This document shows, piece by piece, positions 20,439-28,376 of a stretch of 64,000 bases of DNA. The number at the start of each line of letters is the position of its first letter. Position 1 is the first letter of the stretch. This DNA comes from a virus: positions 32,001 through 96,000 of IMG/VR virus record IMGVR_UViG_3300024255_000006. One strand, given 5' to 3'. The notes beneath the pieces are model-generated. The model was not told where the DNA came from, did not search any database, and saw only the letters and a program-made list of their open reading frames with translations. A program made the position numbers and the translations under genes.

Positions 20439-20714
20439 ATGAAAAACTGTATGGCAATGAACTGTTTAGTTCATGACGATCTATATGAATTGGGTGCAGA
20501 ACTGCCTGATTCACCAATGCGTCGATTCAAAATTGTTGACACATTGACCAATAAGGAGTATGATATTATTTCATCGATGGGCCACCTTAATGGTTCTCCC
20601 GCATTCTTCAAAGTGAAACTCGATGATGTTCCTGTAGAAAATCAAGATGGTGATCTCTACGTGAGCGAAAACGATTACAATGATCTGAATGAGCGTGGGG
20701 CAGTTGAAATCTAA
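20439..20714 (+). CDS. Hypothetical protein
   Basis: 91-aa ORF. Confidence 0.65.
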   Translation: MKNCMAMNCLVHDDLYELGAELPDSPMRRFKIVDTLTNKEYDIISSMGHLNGSPAFFKVKLDDVPVENQDGDLYVSENDYNDLNERGAVEI

Positions 20715-20868
20715 AAAGATTGAGATTGCATTGGGTGAAGATCTCCAACATGAATATGAATCATGGTTAGCGTGTAAAGAATCGCTAGGCATTGAACGTA
20801 GCATCAACAGTTTTTTAAATTACATCTATCATTATGGGACTTTTCAATATCCGCAACTACCTGAGTAA
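20704..20868 (+). CDS. Small hypothetical protein (54 aa, TTG start, MKSKKIEIALGEDLQHEYESW...), missed by track
   Basis: Hand translation; fills the 20714-20834 gap. Confidence 0.55.
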   Translation: MKSKKIEIALGEDLQHEYESWLACKESLGIERSINSFLNYIYHYGTFQYPQLPE

Positions 20869-21538
20869 TGTTATCATTGCTGGTGCAATGCTCGGCATGG
20901 CGCAAGGTATGAGTGTGCAGGCAGGAGAAGATAGGATCACTAAAGGTTACAACTCTATGGATTCCATGGGGTGCATGTTAGTACGTGAGTGTACTAAAGA
21001 CGTGAATGAAGTTCATTCATTGTTAGACATTAGTTCACAGTATCCTAACACTGATCAGTTCACATCAGTCGCACTAGAGTTCAACACTCTACTGATGACG
21101 TTGAATCAAATTGGTACGAAAGTGTACCTTGCTGATGAACGTTACTTCCCTACAGGTCATCGTGGTGTGTATCACACTGTGAGCAATAATTTCTATCTTA
21201 ATAAGAAATATATGAATCGCCCTGGTGTGATGATGAGCGTAATGAGGCACGAGGGTTGGCATGCTGCACAAGATTGTATGGCTGGAACTATCAAGAATAG
21301 TCTGATTGCTATCATCTTGCCTGAGGAAAACGTGCCGATGATCTGGCGCACTCTAGCAGAACGCACCTATCCCTCCTCTGCGGTCCCCTGGGAGGCAGAA
21401 GCAGGTTGGGCAGGTAGAACTGAAGGAATGACTCAGAAGGCGCTTTCTGCTTGCGCTAGCGGGCAAATGTGGTTAGAATATGAACCAACCCCACTTACTC
21501 GACAATGGTTGACTGAAAATGGATACATCAAAGACTAG
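20834..21538 (+). CDS. Zincin-like (HExxH) metallopeptidase-domain protein
   Basis: 'VMRHEGWHAAQDCM' and downstream 'WEAEA' third-ligand-like Glu; hydrophobic N-terminus. Confidence 0.7.
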   Translation: MGLFNIRNYLSNVIIAGAMLGMAQGMSVQAGEDRITKGYNSMDSMGCMLVRECTKDVNEVHSLLDISSQYPNTDQFTSVALEFNTLLMTLNQIGTKVYLADERYFPTGHRGVYHTVSNNFYLNKKYMNRPGVMMSVMRHEGWHAAQDCMAGTIKNSLIAIILPEENVPMIWRTLAERTYPSSAVPWEAEAGWAGRTEGMTQKALSACASGQMWLEYEPTPLTRQWLTENGYIKD

Positions 21539-21830
21539 TTTCACCACTGAAGTTCAACAGTATGCCGACACGCAAGACCTCTGCATCGAAATCCCGCAAT
21601 ACGTCCTCCAAAACCTTAACTGGGAAGAAGGTGACGAACTCGCGTGGAGTATCGAAAACAACCAAATCATCCTCACCAAAGTCAAAGACAGCGGAAGCGA
21701 TGAAGAAGAATGTAGAGAAGTTGACTTCGACACCATCTACGACAACCACATCAACCCGATCTACGAAGCAACAGAAGCAGACTGGAAAGGTTTCTGGTAC
21801 TCGCCAGAAGAAAACGACGCCTGGAGTTAA
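21519..21830 (+). CDS. AbrB/MazE/SpoVT-like swapped-hairpin DNA-binding protein
   Basis: 'DLCIEIPQYVLQNLNWEEGDELAWSIENNQIIL' fits the AbrB pattern (I.IP......L....GD.L......I.L). Confidence 0.7.
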   Translation: MDTSKTSFTTEVQQYADTQDLCIEIPQYVLQNLNWEEGDELAWSIENNQIILTKVKDSGSDEEECREVDFDTIYDNHINPIYEATEADWKGFWYSPEENDAWS

Positions 21831-22023
21831 ACATACAAGGAGCAGAGATTTAAAACTCTTCCCACATAGTATGTTTCCATGGAGATTTCAACCACGAGGT
21901 AAATGTAATCATAATCTCGCATGGTTTGAATGTCTAGAGCATGTCGAAAAGCATGTCGCACGTTATCATCTTAAACCCACACAATACAAGGTAATTTGTA
22001 ATGCATATGTTGTCTCATCATGA
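21562..22023 (+). CDS. Basic K/S/T-rich protein overlapping the AbrB-like gene; start uncertain
   Basis: 153-aa open frame; the C-terminal globular part (FPWRF...WFEC.EHVEKH) lies beyond the AbrB-like gene. Confidence 0.55.
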   Translation: MPTRKTSASKSRNTSSKTLTGKKVTNSRGVSKTTKSSSPKSKTAEAMKKNVEKLTSTPSTTTTSTRSTKQQKQTGKVSGTRQKKTTPGVKHTRSRDLKLFPHSMFPWRFQPRGKCNHNLAWFECLEHVEKHVARYHLKPTQYKVICNAYVVSS

Positions 22024-22309
22024 GTGGAAACTAGTCTACACCGCAGTGCGTAAAGCACAGAAACAATTAAACTATGAAGATCTCTCATATGCTGGTGAGT
22101 ATGAAGAGTATCATCATATTTTAAACAAACTGTATACACTAGCATATAGTGAGGGTTATGATCAGAGCACTTCCATCCCTGGTAAACAAGTTTCTGCAGA
22201 TGTTCTTCAGCAGAAAAACCCGTTTGATGGGTTTATCAACCCAATCTCAGGTAATCGACCGCTCAATGAAGCAGAACTCACACGACTCTATGAAGGTGGA
22301 TTCCTATAA
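22001..22309 (+). CDS. Hypothetical protein
   Basis: 102-aa ORF. Confidence 0.6.
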   Translation: MHMLSHHEWKLVYTAVRKAQKQLNYEDLSYAGEYEEYHHILNKLYTLAYSEGYDQSTSIPGKQVSADVLQQKNPFDGFINPISGNRPLNEAELTRLYEGGFL

Positions 22310-22526
22310 ACCAAAACTGAATGATTACGTCAAGTGGTGTACGCCATGGCGTAATGTCGAAGGTTGGGTGTATTTTGTTGATGTAGATTACATTACAATC
22401 GAGATCTCTGTGCGGGACAAAGATCCTGCTGATCTAGAGCATTCTTCATTTCATAGGAAACATCATGTATTACTTCTATGTCATCAAATATATTGGAATG
22501 AACTCATTTATGTGAGGTCACGATGA
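22290..22526 (+). CDS. Hypothetical protein (MKVDSYKPKLNDYVKW...)
   Basis: Internal start of track ORF 22149..22526; coupled to next gene. Confidence 0.6.
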   Translation: MKVDSYKPKLNDYVKWCTPWRNVEGWVYFVDVDYITIEISVRDKDPADLEHSSFHRKHHVLLLCHQIYWNELIYVRSR

Positions 22527-23068
22527 CTATTTGCACAGTTATTGATGATCTCTTTGATGAACTTTATGTTCAGGAGATGAGTGCTAAAGTTATGGATATT
22601 CCTGTCTCTCCCAATAACATTGCGGGGAGGCAGACTTTTCCATATGGATTGAAAGGTAATCATCGATTTTTTGGTACAACGTTGTTTCGTCGTGATTCAA
22701 TTAATAAGATTACAAAACTCGAACCATCAGCACAGTTATTCTTCCCAATCCTAGAACAGATTGAGCATGTGATGAATACTGCATTATATTGTAGTGAGAT
22801 CGCATTGAATGTACAATGTTATGGTCAGGATGGTACTGAACATATTGATTCATCAGATTCAAATGATTTAACCATACTACAATTCACGACAGCGAGCTGG
22901 AAGTCAAGCTATGGTGGACAGTTTGAACTCTGCACACCTCATGAGGTGCATGAGTATGTGTCTGGTAGACTTGTAATCTTACCATCAAATATACCGCATC
23001 GTGGTCTTGGTCCTACTGAACCGAATCAAATTCGTACTAGCATTGTTTATCGCGTGAGACCATTATGA
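22523..23068 (+). CDS. 2OG-Fe(II) oxygenase
   Basis: 'EHIDS' HxD, 'W...YGGQFEL', 'GRLVILPSNIPHRGLGP...RTSIVY'. Confidence 0.85.
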   Translation: MTICTVIDDLFDELYVQEMSAKVMDIPVSPNNIAGRQTFPYGLKGNHRFFGTTLFRRDSINKITKLEPSAQLFFPILEQIEHVMNTALYCSEIALNVQCYGQDGTEHIDSSDSNDLTILQFTTASWKSSYGGQFELCTPHEVHEYVSGRLVILPSNIPHRGLGPTEPNQIRTSIVYRVRPL

Positions 23069-23259
23069 AAGAAATGGAACAATTTAAGTTCATGTTAACA
23101 ATGGAGGATTATACGATTCTCCTGAATGCATTACATTATTACAAGAAGGTAGACAAATATCCTAATTTTAAACAATATGATGAACAACGTATTAACCAAT
23201 TAAGAGATAAACTTGCATACCAACTCATACCGTCGAAAGACTCGAAGAATCCCACCTAA
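23065..23259 (+). CDS. Hypothetical protein
   Basis: 64-aa ORF with ATGA coupling. Confidence 0.65.
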   Translation: MKEMEQFKFMLTMEDYTILLNALHYYKKVDKYPNFKQYDEQRINQLRDKLAYQLIPSKDSKNPT

Positions 23260-23422
23260 AAGATATTACACAGTAGAGTATGAACATATTCCTTATGGAC
23301 ACACTCAAAGTAGAATCGAAAAGGCAACTTACTTTCAACTTGAATCGGCACAAGAAGCAATGATGAAAATGATTAGACGTGGTAATGTCGTTACTGGATT
23401 AAATGAACAACAATTATTTTAA
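23213..23422 (+). CDS. Hypothetical protein
   Basis: 69-aa ORF, start uncertain. Confidence 0.5.
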   Translation: MHTNSYRRKTRRIPPKRYYTVEYEHIPYGHTQSRIEKATYFQLESAQEAMMKMIRRGNVVTGLNEQQLF

Positions 23423-23993
23423 ACATTTCATCTATACTACACAAGCATTTACTCAGGAACAGTGTGAGCATCAAATTCAAAGGTTTGAAGAAGATACTAC
23501 TCATCAAACAGTAGATCACTCACATCATAACAATACTCAATGGAAGAACTATACGAGTGTTTATATCACTAAGCATAAGCATTGGTGGGACATAGACAAA
23601 CTCTATGCGAATACTATTGATAAACTACTACAAGAGTATATCAATCATTGTGAACTAGTATTAGATGATTGTAATCCAAGACCAGTGATGTTTAAATCTA
23701 ATACTTACAATGATACTGGATTTAAACTGAGACGTTATGATCCTGGAGATTATTTTCATTGGCATCATGATTTAACCAATAAAGATGAACTTGGATGGAG
23801 ACATGTAGGATGCATATTTTATTTGAATGATGTAGCACAGGGAGGAGAGACTGAGTTCTTAGATGGTACACTGATTAAACCAACACAAGGTACAGTATTG
23901 ATGTTTCCATCCTCTTGGACTTACATTCATAGAGGGTTATCACCAGTGAATCAACCCAAATATGCTACAACAACTTTTATATGTGCTAACTAG
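23403..23993 (+). CDS. 2OG-Fe(II) oxygenase, prolyl-4-hydroxylase-like
   Basis: 'FHWHHD', 'IFYLNDVAQGGETEF', 'GTVLMFPSSWTYIHRGLSP...KY'. Confidence 0.9.
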   Translation: MNNNYFKHFIYTTQAFTQEQCEHQIQRFEEDTTHQTVDHSHHNNTQWKNYTSVYITKHKHWWDIDKLYANTIDKLLQEYINHCELVLDDCNPRPVMFKSNTYNDTGFKLRRYDPGDYFHWHHDLTNKDELGWRHVGCIFYLNDVAQGGETEFLDGTLIKPTQGTVLMFPSSWTYIHRGLSPVNQPKYATTTFICAN

Positions 23994-24153
23994 TGTTCAC
24001 CGAGGGGAGTGAACTGTTCTCCGCGTAAGTCATAGCAAGGGTTCTCAATAAGTTAACCCAGTTGAGAACAAACAATAATTAATCATTAAAAAAATATAGT
24101 ATAGTAGCTCGGTAGTTACTGTGAGGTTACTGTAAAGGTACTCTGGAGACGTT

Positions 24154-24182
24154 GGCTTAGCACGTAACCTATCGAAAGACAA
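24154..24182 (-). promoter_or_regulatory. Candidate minus-strand sigma70 promoter TTGTCT-N17-TAAGCC with extended -10 TG
   Basis: Reverse complement: gagTTGTCTttcgataggttacgtgcTAAGCCaac; the -10 lacks its final T. Confidence 0.4.
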
Positions 24183-24253
24183 CTCAAAGTGGTCAGAACT
24201 CAAAGTGGCACACAGGACCGCCCAGAACTCGCAGAATGCCGTATATTAGATTC
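24181..24253 (+). promoter_or_regulatory. Early-type promoter cassette with duplicated AACTCAAAGTGG (24181, 24197) and -10 TATATT (24242-24247)
   Basis: Read directly from sequence. Confidence 0.6.
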
Positions 24254-24364
24254 ATGGAAAACAACGGATTCTTAAAAATCTCAAAGTCTCACTTTTTGAC
24301 TTTTTTGACTTTTTGAGATTTTTAAGAATTTAACCTTTTTCATTTTTTAAGTTTTAACAATTAA

Positions 24365-24604
24365 ATGGATTCATTAGTCTTTGAAAACCTAAACTCTAGT
24401 GCTATTTTTAGTATTAAAGTAACTAATATAGAGGTAAACATAGCTTATCAGAGTAAAAAAGAGAAGATTTACACATATAACTGTGATAATCTTCAAGAAT
24501 TTGCAAATAATCTCCAAATAGTAGTAAAAGACCCAGAAAAGTCCGTTGGTAGTTGGGTTAACCGACAAATCAAAGAGAAAAGTCTCATTCTAAATACTAT
24601 TTGA
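24365..24604 (+). CDS. KTSC-like small protein
   Basis: 'NSSAIFSI...IYTY...SVGSWVNRQIK' resembles the KTSC pattern (SSxI...Y.Y...S.G.F.N..IK). Confidence 0.5.
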   Translation: MDSLVFENLNSSAIFSIKVTNIEVNIAYQSKKEKIYTYNCDNLQEFANNLQIVVKDPEKSVGSWVNRQIKEKSLILNTI

Positions 24605-24619
24605 AGATATCACTTACTG

Positions 24620-24763
24620 ATGGCCAAAACTAACAAGAACTACGACAAGTTCACCGACAACAACTACGACAAAGAACTTTATGGTTATGAAGTAAAGAAC
24701 ATTCGTCGCCAAAGTAAGAAGAAAGTCAGGAAATTCAAAGACTATGACGAATATGAATCATGA
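24620..24763 (+). CDS. Small charged hypothetical protein (47 aa, MAKTNKNYDKF...), missed by track
   Basis: Hand translation; fills the gap and overlaps the next start. Confidence 0.6.
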   Translation: MAKTNKNYDKFTDNNYDKELYGYEVKNIRRQSKKKVRKFKDYDEYES

Positions 24764-25247
24764 TCAAAATGCCTGGGTTAATGCATTAGAATTAGCCCAG
24801 GATTCAACCAATGAAAAGAGAAAACAACTCGTCAATGATTATGGTGGACGTAACCTCAACTCGTTAGAAGTTAACGCCGATGAGAGATACGTAATCGTTT
24901 CATTTAAAGACAGTCCAGAGATAACGACCATCTTTAAATATCCAAACGATGAACTCACTGTGATGGAAATCGAAGGTGAGTTACATAAAGTGATGCATGA
25001 ATTAACAGAAGAGAATGAAGAATCAATTCTTTCTGCAGTGTTTACACTTTGGTTGATGAATGATAGACTATCATACTTTGCACAGTTTACTGATGCATTA
25101 GTGGACGCTTCCGAGACTGTCCACTCTGATCTAGATGACGAAGGCAATGTCATGGTGGATTCTTATCGTGAGGAAGGTTGGACTCAACACGACAAAAACA
25201 AACCAGTTGACGAAGTGGCACCTGAGAGCGGGACAGGGTTCGGATAA
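24753..25247 (+). CDS. Acidic hypothetical protein
   Basis: Track ORF 24744..25247, ATG at 24753 chosen. Confidence 0.65.
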   Translation: MNHDQNAWVNALELAQDSTNEKRKQLVNDYGGRNLNSLEVNADERYVIVSFKDSPEITTIFKYPNDELTVMEIEGELHKVMHELTEENEESILSAVFTLWLMNDRLSYFAQFTDALVDASETVHSDLDDEGNVMVDSYREEGWTQHDKNKPVDEVAPESGTGFG

Positions 25248-25284
25248 GGTGTATTGTTAGGAAGTCAAACACACAGGACCAATT

Positions 25285-25611
25285 TTGCGTAAGATCGAAA
25301 CCCAGATGAACGCTGCTATCAAAGGCAACCTCAACTGGACCAATGCTAACACGTCTGTCACCACGACCGATGGAGTTTCAGAGGTTCGTCTACATGGCAA
25401 CAAGATTGCTGAGGTTGGTGATGATTTCGTTCGCATCTTTGATGGTGGGTGGCAATCAACCACGACTAAATCACGTTTGAACGCTATCATCAACGAGTTC
25501 TGTTGTGCATTCACTGACGGTGTCTTTCAGAAGGATTTTCAGTGGTTCGTTCGTGATAACAAGGTGACCAAAGATTTCGTTAACGGTTACACCTTCGCTG
25601 AGTTTGCCTGA
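25285..25611 (+). CDS. Conserved phage early hypothetical protein (TTG start)
   Basis: 'VRLHGNKIA...DGGWQSTTTKSRLNA' motif; preceded by a promoter cassette at 25202-25257. Confidence 0.75.
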   Translation: MRKIETQMNAAIKGNLNWTNANTSVTTTDGVSEVRLHGNKIAEVGDDFVRIFDGGWQSTTTKSRLNAIINEFCCAFTDGVFQKDFQWFVRDNKVTKDFVNGYTFAEFA

Positions 25612-25686
25612 TAACATTGGGGGAGTACAAAAGATCTGCAATTAGAAGCAGCGCCCCCACACTAATTAACACCCACTCACTTCATC

Positions 25687-25977
25687 ATGAACTACACACT
25701 CAAACAACTTCAAGACAAAGTATCACGAATGATTGAAGAACAAGGCGAGGATGCAGAATGTGGAGCATGGATTTATACCAAGAATGATTGTCATCTAAAG
25801 GATGAAGATGGTAACACTGATTATAATAACAATGTAGAAGATCCTGCACTGATTGCACGTATCTTTGATGATGTAGGCAACGTTGATTACATCTACACTG
25901 TGATTCAAGATGCAGTAGATGAAGCAACAGAGGAGCAACTTGTGCAGTACCAACAAGAATTAGTAGAGGTAAAATGA
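25687..25977 (+). CDS. Hypothetical protein
   Basis: 96-aa acidic ORF. Confidence 0.7.
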   Translation: MNYTLKQLQDKVSRMIEEQGEDAECGAWIYTKNDCHLKDEDGNTDYNNNVEDPALIARIFDDVGNVDYIYTVIQDAVDEATEEQLVQYQQELVEVK

Positions 25978-26108
25978 GAATGACGCAATACGTACTCAGC
26001 GGCATTTGTGTCTTTATGGGTATGACTTGCTATCTGCTATTCTTAGCAGAACGTGATAGTAAGATGATGAATTACTATGATTCAACAATTCAAAAATCGA
26101 ACTACTAA
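25974..26108 (+). CDS. Small single-TM protein (44 aa), missed by track
   Basis: MRMTQYVLSGICVFMGMTCYLLFLAERD...; ATGA coupling. Confidence 0.6.
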   Translation: MRMTQYVLSGICVFMGMTCYLLFLAERDSKMMNYYDSTIQKSNY

Positions 26109-26195
26109 ATGTTACCTAGGTCAGCCGCGAGTGGACGATCTGCAAAGTGGTTCACCAAGGGGGGCAATCGGTTCAAAATGTCCTATACTAACAGC

Positions 26196-26387
26196 ATGAG
26201 AAACGAAACACCAAGCAACAACCCATACGTCAACAACCTCGTTGAGATGGGATACGATCGGGCAGACTGTGAGATGGTCGCCTCTGCTGGTCTTGATGCC
26301 ACCTATCCTAGGGTGATCCACGGTCGGACCTTTGACACCAAGGAACAGTATGACGAGGAACTGGCAGACTACATCGCTGGTCTGTGA
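26196..26387 (+). CDS. Hypothetical early protein, likely leaderless
   Basis: TATACT (26184-26189) + 6 nt + ATG. Confidence 0.7.
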   Translation: MRNETPSNNPYVNNLVEMGYDRADCEMVASAGLDATYPRVIHGRTFDTKEQYDEELADYIAGL

Positions 26388-26411
26388 CACTTCGCAAACT
26401 GCTCCACAAAA

Positions 26412-26440
26412 TAGACACAGCACTCAAAACCGTCTATTGT
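26412..26440 (+). promoter_or_regulatory. Sigma70-type promoter TAGACA-N17-TATTGT
   Basis: -35 at 26412-26417, -10 at 26435-26440; ATG 6 nt downstream. Confidence 0.7.
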
Positions 26441-26446
26441 AGACTC

Positions 26447-26623
26447 ATGAACAAAACACTAACCGATCTCACCCCTTCCATTCGTTCCTTTTGCCTGACC
26501 AATCCAGAGGCAGACTTTGAAATGGTCATGGACTTTGTAGACTCGCAGATCATGCCCTTTGAGGCAGACGATGACCTCGTAGACCTTGCCATGGAAATCA
26601 TGCTGGAGTGCGACTCTAAGTAA
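26447..26623 (+). CDS. Hypothetical early protein, likely leaderless
   Basis: MNKTLTDL...; ATG 6 nt after the -10. Confidence 0.7.
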   Translation: MNKTLTDLTPSIRSFCLTNPEADFEMVMDFVDSQIMPFEADDDLVDLAMEIMLECDSK

Positions 26624-26733
26624 CACTAACTGTGGTATCACTAAATGATACCCAGGTTCGGCCGACCGTGGACGATCGACCTAGTGTCCACTCAGGGGGG
26701 CGAAACGTCCTCCCCTGTGTCTATAATAGATTC

Positions 26734-26943
26734 ATGATCAAAACCGCTCCTCAAATGCTCTCCAACACCTATTGGGTTTCCTGCCCTGCTCTCGGTGAGT
26801 CTGAAGTCTGTAACAGCATGGAACTTGCAAACGACCTGTGCTTCGCTCTTCACGATGACGCTAATGGCGCTTATGCGTTCGTTGAAGACTACCTCGGACA
26901 CACCGTGATGGAGTATGGGACACCCGACGAACTGGTTGCCTAG
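26734..26943 (+). CDS. Hypothetical early protein, likely leaderless
   Basis: TATAAT (26722-26727) + agattc + ATG. Confidence 0.7.
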   Translation: MIKTAPQMLSNTYWVSCPALGESEVCNSMELANDLCFALHDDANGAYAFVEDYLGHTVMEYGTPDELVA

Positions 26944-26995
26944 GGGTTGAATCCCCCCCTTGCTCCTCTATACTAACAACAGTTCAACCAATCAC

Positions 26996-27247
26996 ATGAC
27001 CGCTTCAATGACTCAGGACACGACCTACAACGGTTGGGCAAACTATGAAACCTGGAACGTTGCCCTGTGGATCGGTAACGATGAGATGATCTACCGCCAT
27101 GCCAAGGAGAATCAGAACCTAGGTTATCGCAAGTGGGCGAAGCGTTACATCGATGAGTTTGGCGAGTACATCACGGGCGATGGCATCTCCTGGTTGTCCG
27201 ATGACGTGGATCAAGACGAGATGGACGCCATGCTTGCCGAACTCTAA
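26996..27247 (+). CDS. Conserved phage hypothetical protein
   Basis: 'YNGWANYETWNVALWI' motif; promoter TTGAAT-N16-TATACT upstream. Confidence 0.75.
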   Translation: MTASMTQDTTYNGWANYETWNVALWIGNDEMIYRHAKENQNLGYRKWAKRYIDEFGEYITGDGISWLSDDVDQDEMDAMLAEL

Positions 27248-27297
27248 ACTGTCACAGGGGGGCGAGATCTGCCCCTCTAAGGGTCTATACTAACAGC

Positions 27298-27486
27298 ATG
27301 GAAAACAAAGCAATGACTAGAACAGGTTTCTTTCTTCACAACGAGAACCCCTCCCCTCTGATGACTAAGGTCATGGAGAAGATCCAACGCCAACACATGG
27401 CAGAGCAGGAGTACAGGCAGGCAGTGAGAGCAGGTCGTATCGAACCTGTCCAGTCTACGAACTGGGACATCTCAGATCGCCACTAG
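27298..27486 (+). CDS. Hypothetical early protein, likely leaderless
   Basis: TATACT (27286-27291) + aacagc + ATG. Confidence 0.7.
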   Translation: MENKAMTRTGFFLHNENPSPLMTKVMEKIQRQHMAEQEYRQAVRAGRIEPVQSTNWDISDRH

Positions 27487-27544
27487 GCGCTGACCCGCTA
27501 CAATTAATTCATCAACCAACAGCGTGTCGATCACGCATCAAACT

Positions 27545-28306
27545 ATGTTCAAAACCAACGGCAGCACCCATCACCAAGGCGTCTCTAACGAGCACGCCAC
27601 GATTGACCTGCTCAACGAATTTTCAGTCTACCCCGACAGCGTAACTCACCTAGGTGGGACGAAGCACAAAGCAGACGCCATGGCGGGAGAGAAGGGGATC
27701 AGTATCAAGCACAAAGCAGGTCTAAAGAACGGGTCTTTCGATTGGGTCAACACCTCCGACATCTTTGGCGTCATCGACAGAACCATTTTTGCCGACTTCT
27801 TCGCCTTCGTTACTGAGGCGCGTGGTTGGTCTGTTGCTAAGCGTGAAGCGATCGTAGAGGAGACTCGCGACCTCTTCAACGAGTGCTGTGAGAAGGCGCT
27901 AGACAGCATCCACCCCTATGATCTGCTCTGCTTTCTTAAGTCAAACGTTACTGAGAAGCAGTATGGCATGGGGATCGTCATCAACGACACCAAGCACGAG
28001 ACCCTCCACATCATGGAGGCAGACCGTCTCCTGATGACTCGCTGCATCAATTCAAACTATTCGTGCGAGTTGATCAAGGGCAAGGGCAAGAGTTCACGTC
28101 GTCTCGTCTTCAACTCCATGGCGGTCCCTCACGGTTTCGATTGCGGTCTACGTGTGAGAGTCACCAGCAACAATGGCATCCGTGCCTTCCTTGGACTAAG
28201 CAAGGCAAACAAGTCTAGTCAGGTTGTGATCAAGGTGCAACAGGACAACGTTCGGGATTTCGTCACCCACGACCCCGACCGTCAGATCCTCACCTATGCC
28301 AACTGA
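27545..28306 (+). CDS. Putative PD-(D/E)xK restriction-endonuclease-like protein
   Basis: N-terminal 'G..NE' helix, 'GGTKHKADAM' and 'ISIK' fit an E...D...(S)xK catalytic pattern. Confidence 0.5.
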   Translation: MFKTNGSTHHQGVSNEHATIDLLNEFSVYPDSVTHLGGTKHKADAMAGEKGISIKHKAGLKNGSFDWVNTSDIFGVIDRTIFADFFAFVTEARGWSVAKREAIVEETRDLFNECCEKALDSIHPYDLLCFLKSNVTEKQYGMGIVINDTKHETLHIMEADRLLMTRCINSNYSCELIKGKGKSSRRLVFNSMAVPHGFDCGLRVRVTSNNGIRAFLGLSKANKSSQVVIKVQQDNVRDFVTHDPDRQILTYAN

Positions 28307-28376
28307 GGCACTGTCCTCCTAGGGGTAGGCAGACCTGCCCCTGCTGCTACAATTAGTTCAACAAACAAACAAAGAC

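Noticed and set aside
24254-24334. 26-codon ORF MENNGFLKISKSHFLTFLTFLRFLRI after a leaderless-type promoter
   Set aside because: Too short, and its sequence is dictated by T-tracts; cannot be supported as a CDS without ribosome profiling.
23994-24364. tRNA or tmRNA in the non-coding islands (also 25612-25686 and 28860-29050)
   Set aside because: No T-arm GTTCRA with cloverleaf spacing or acceptor stem was found.
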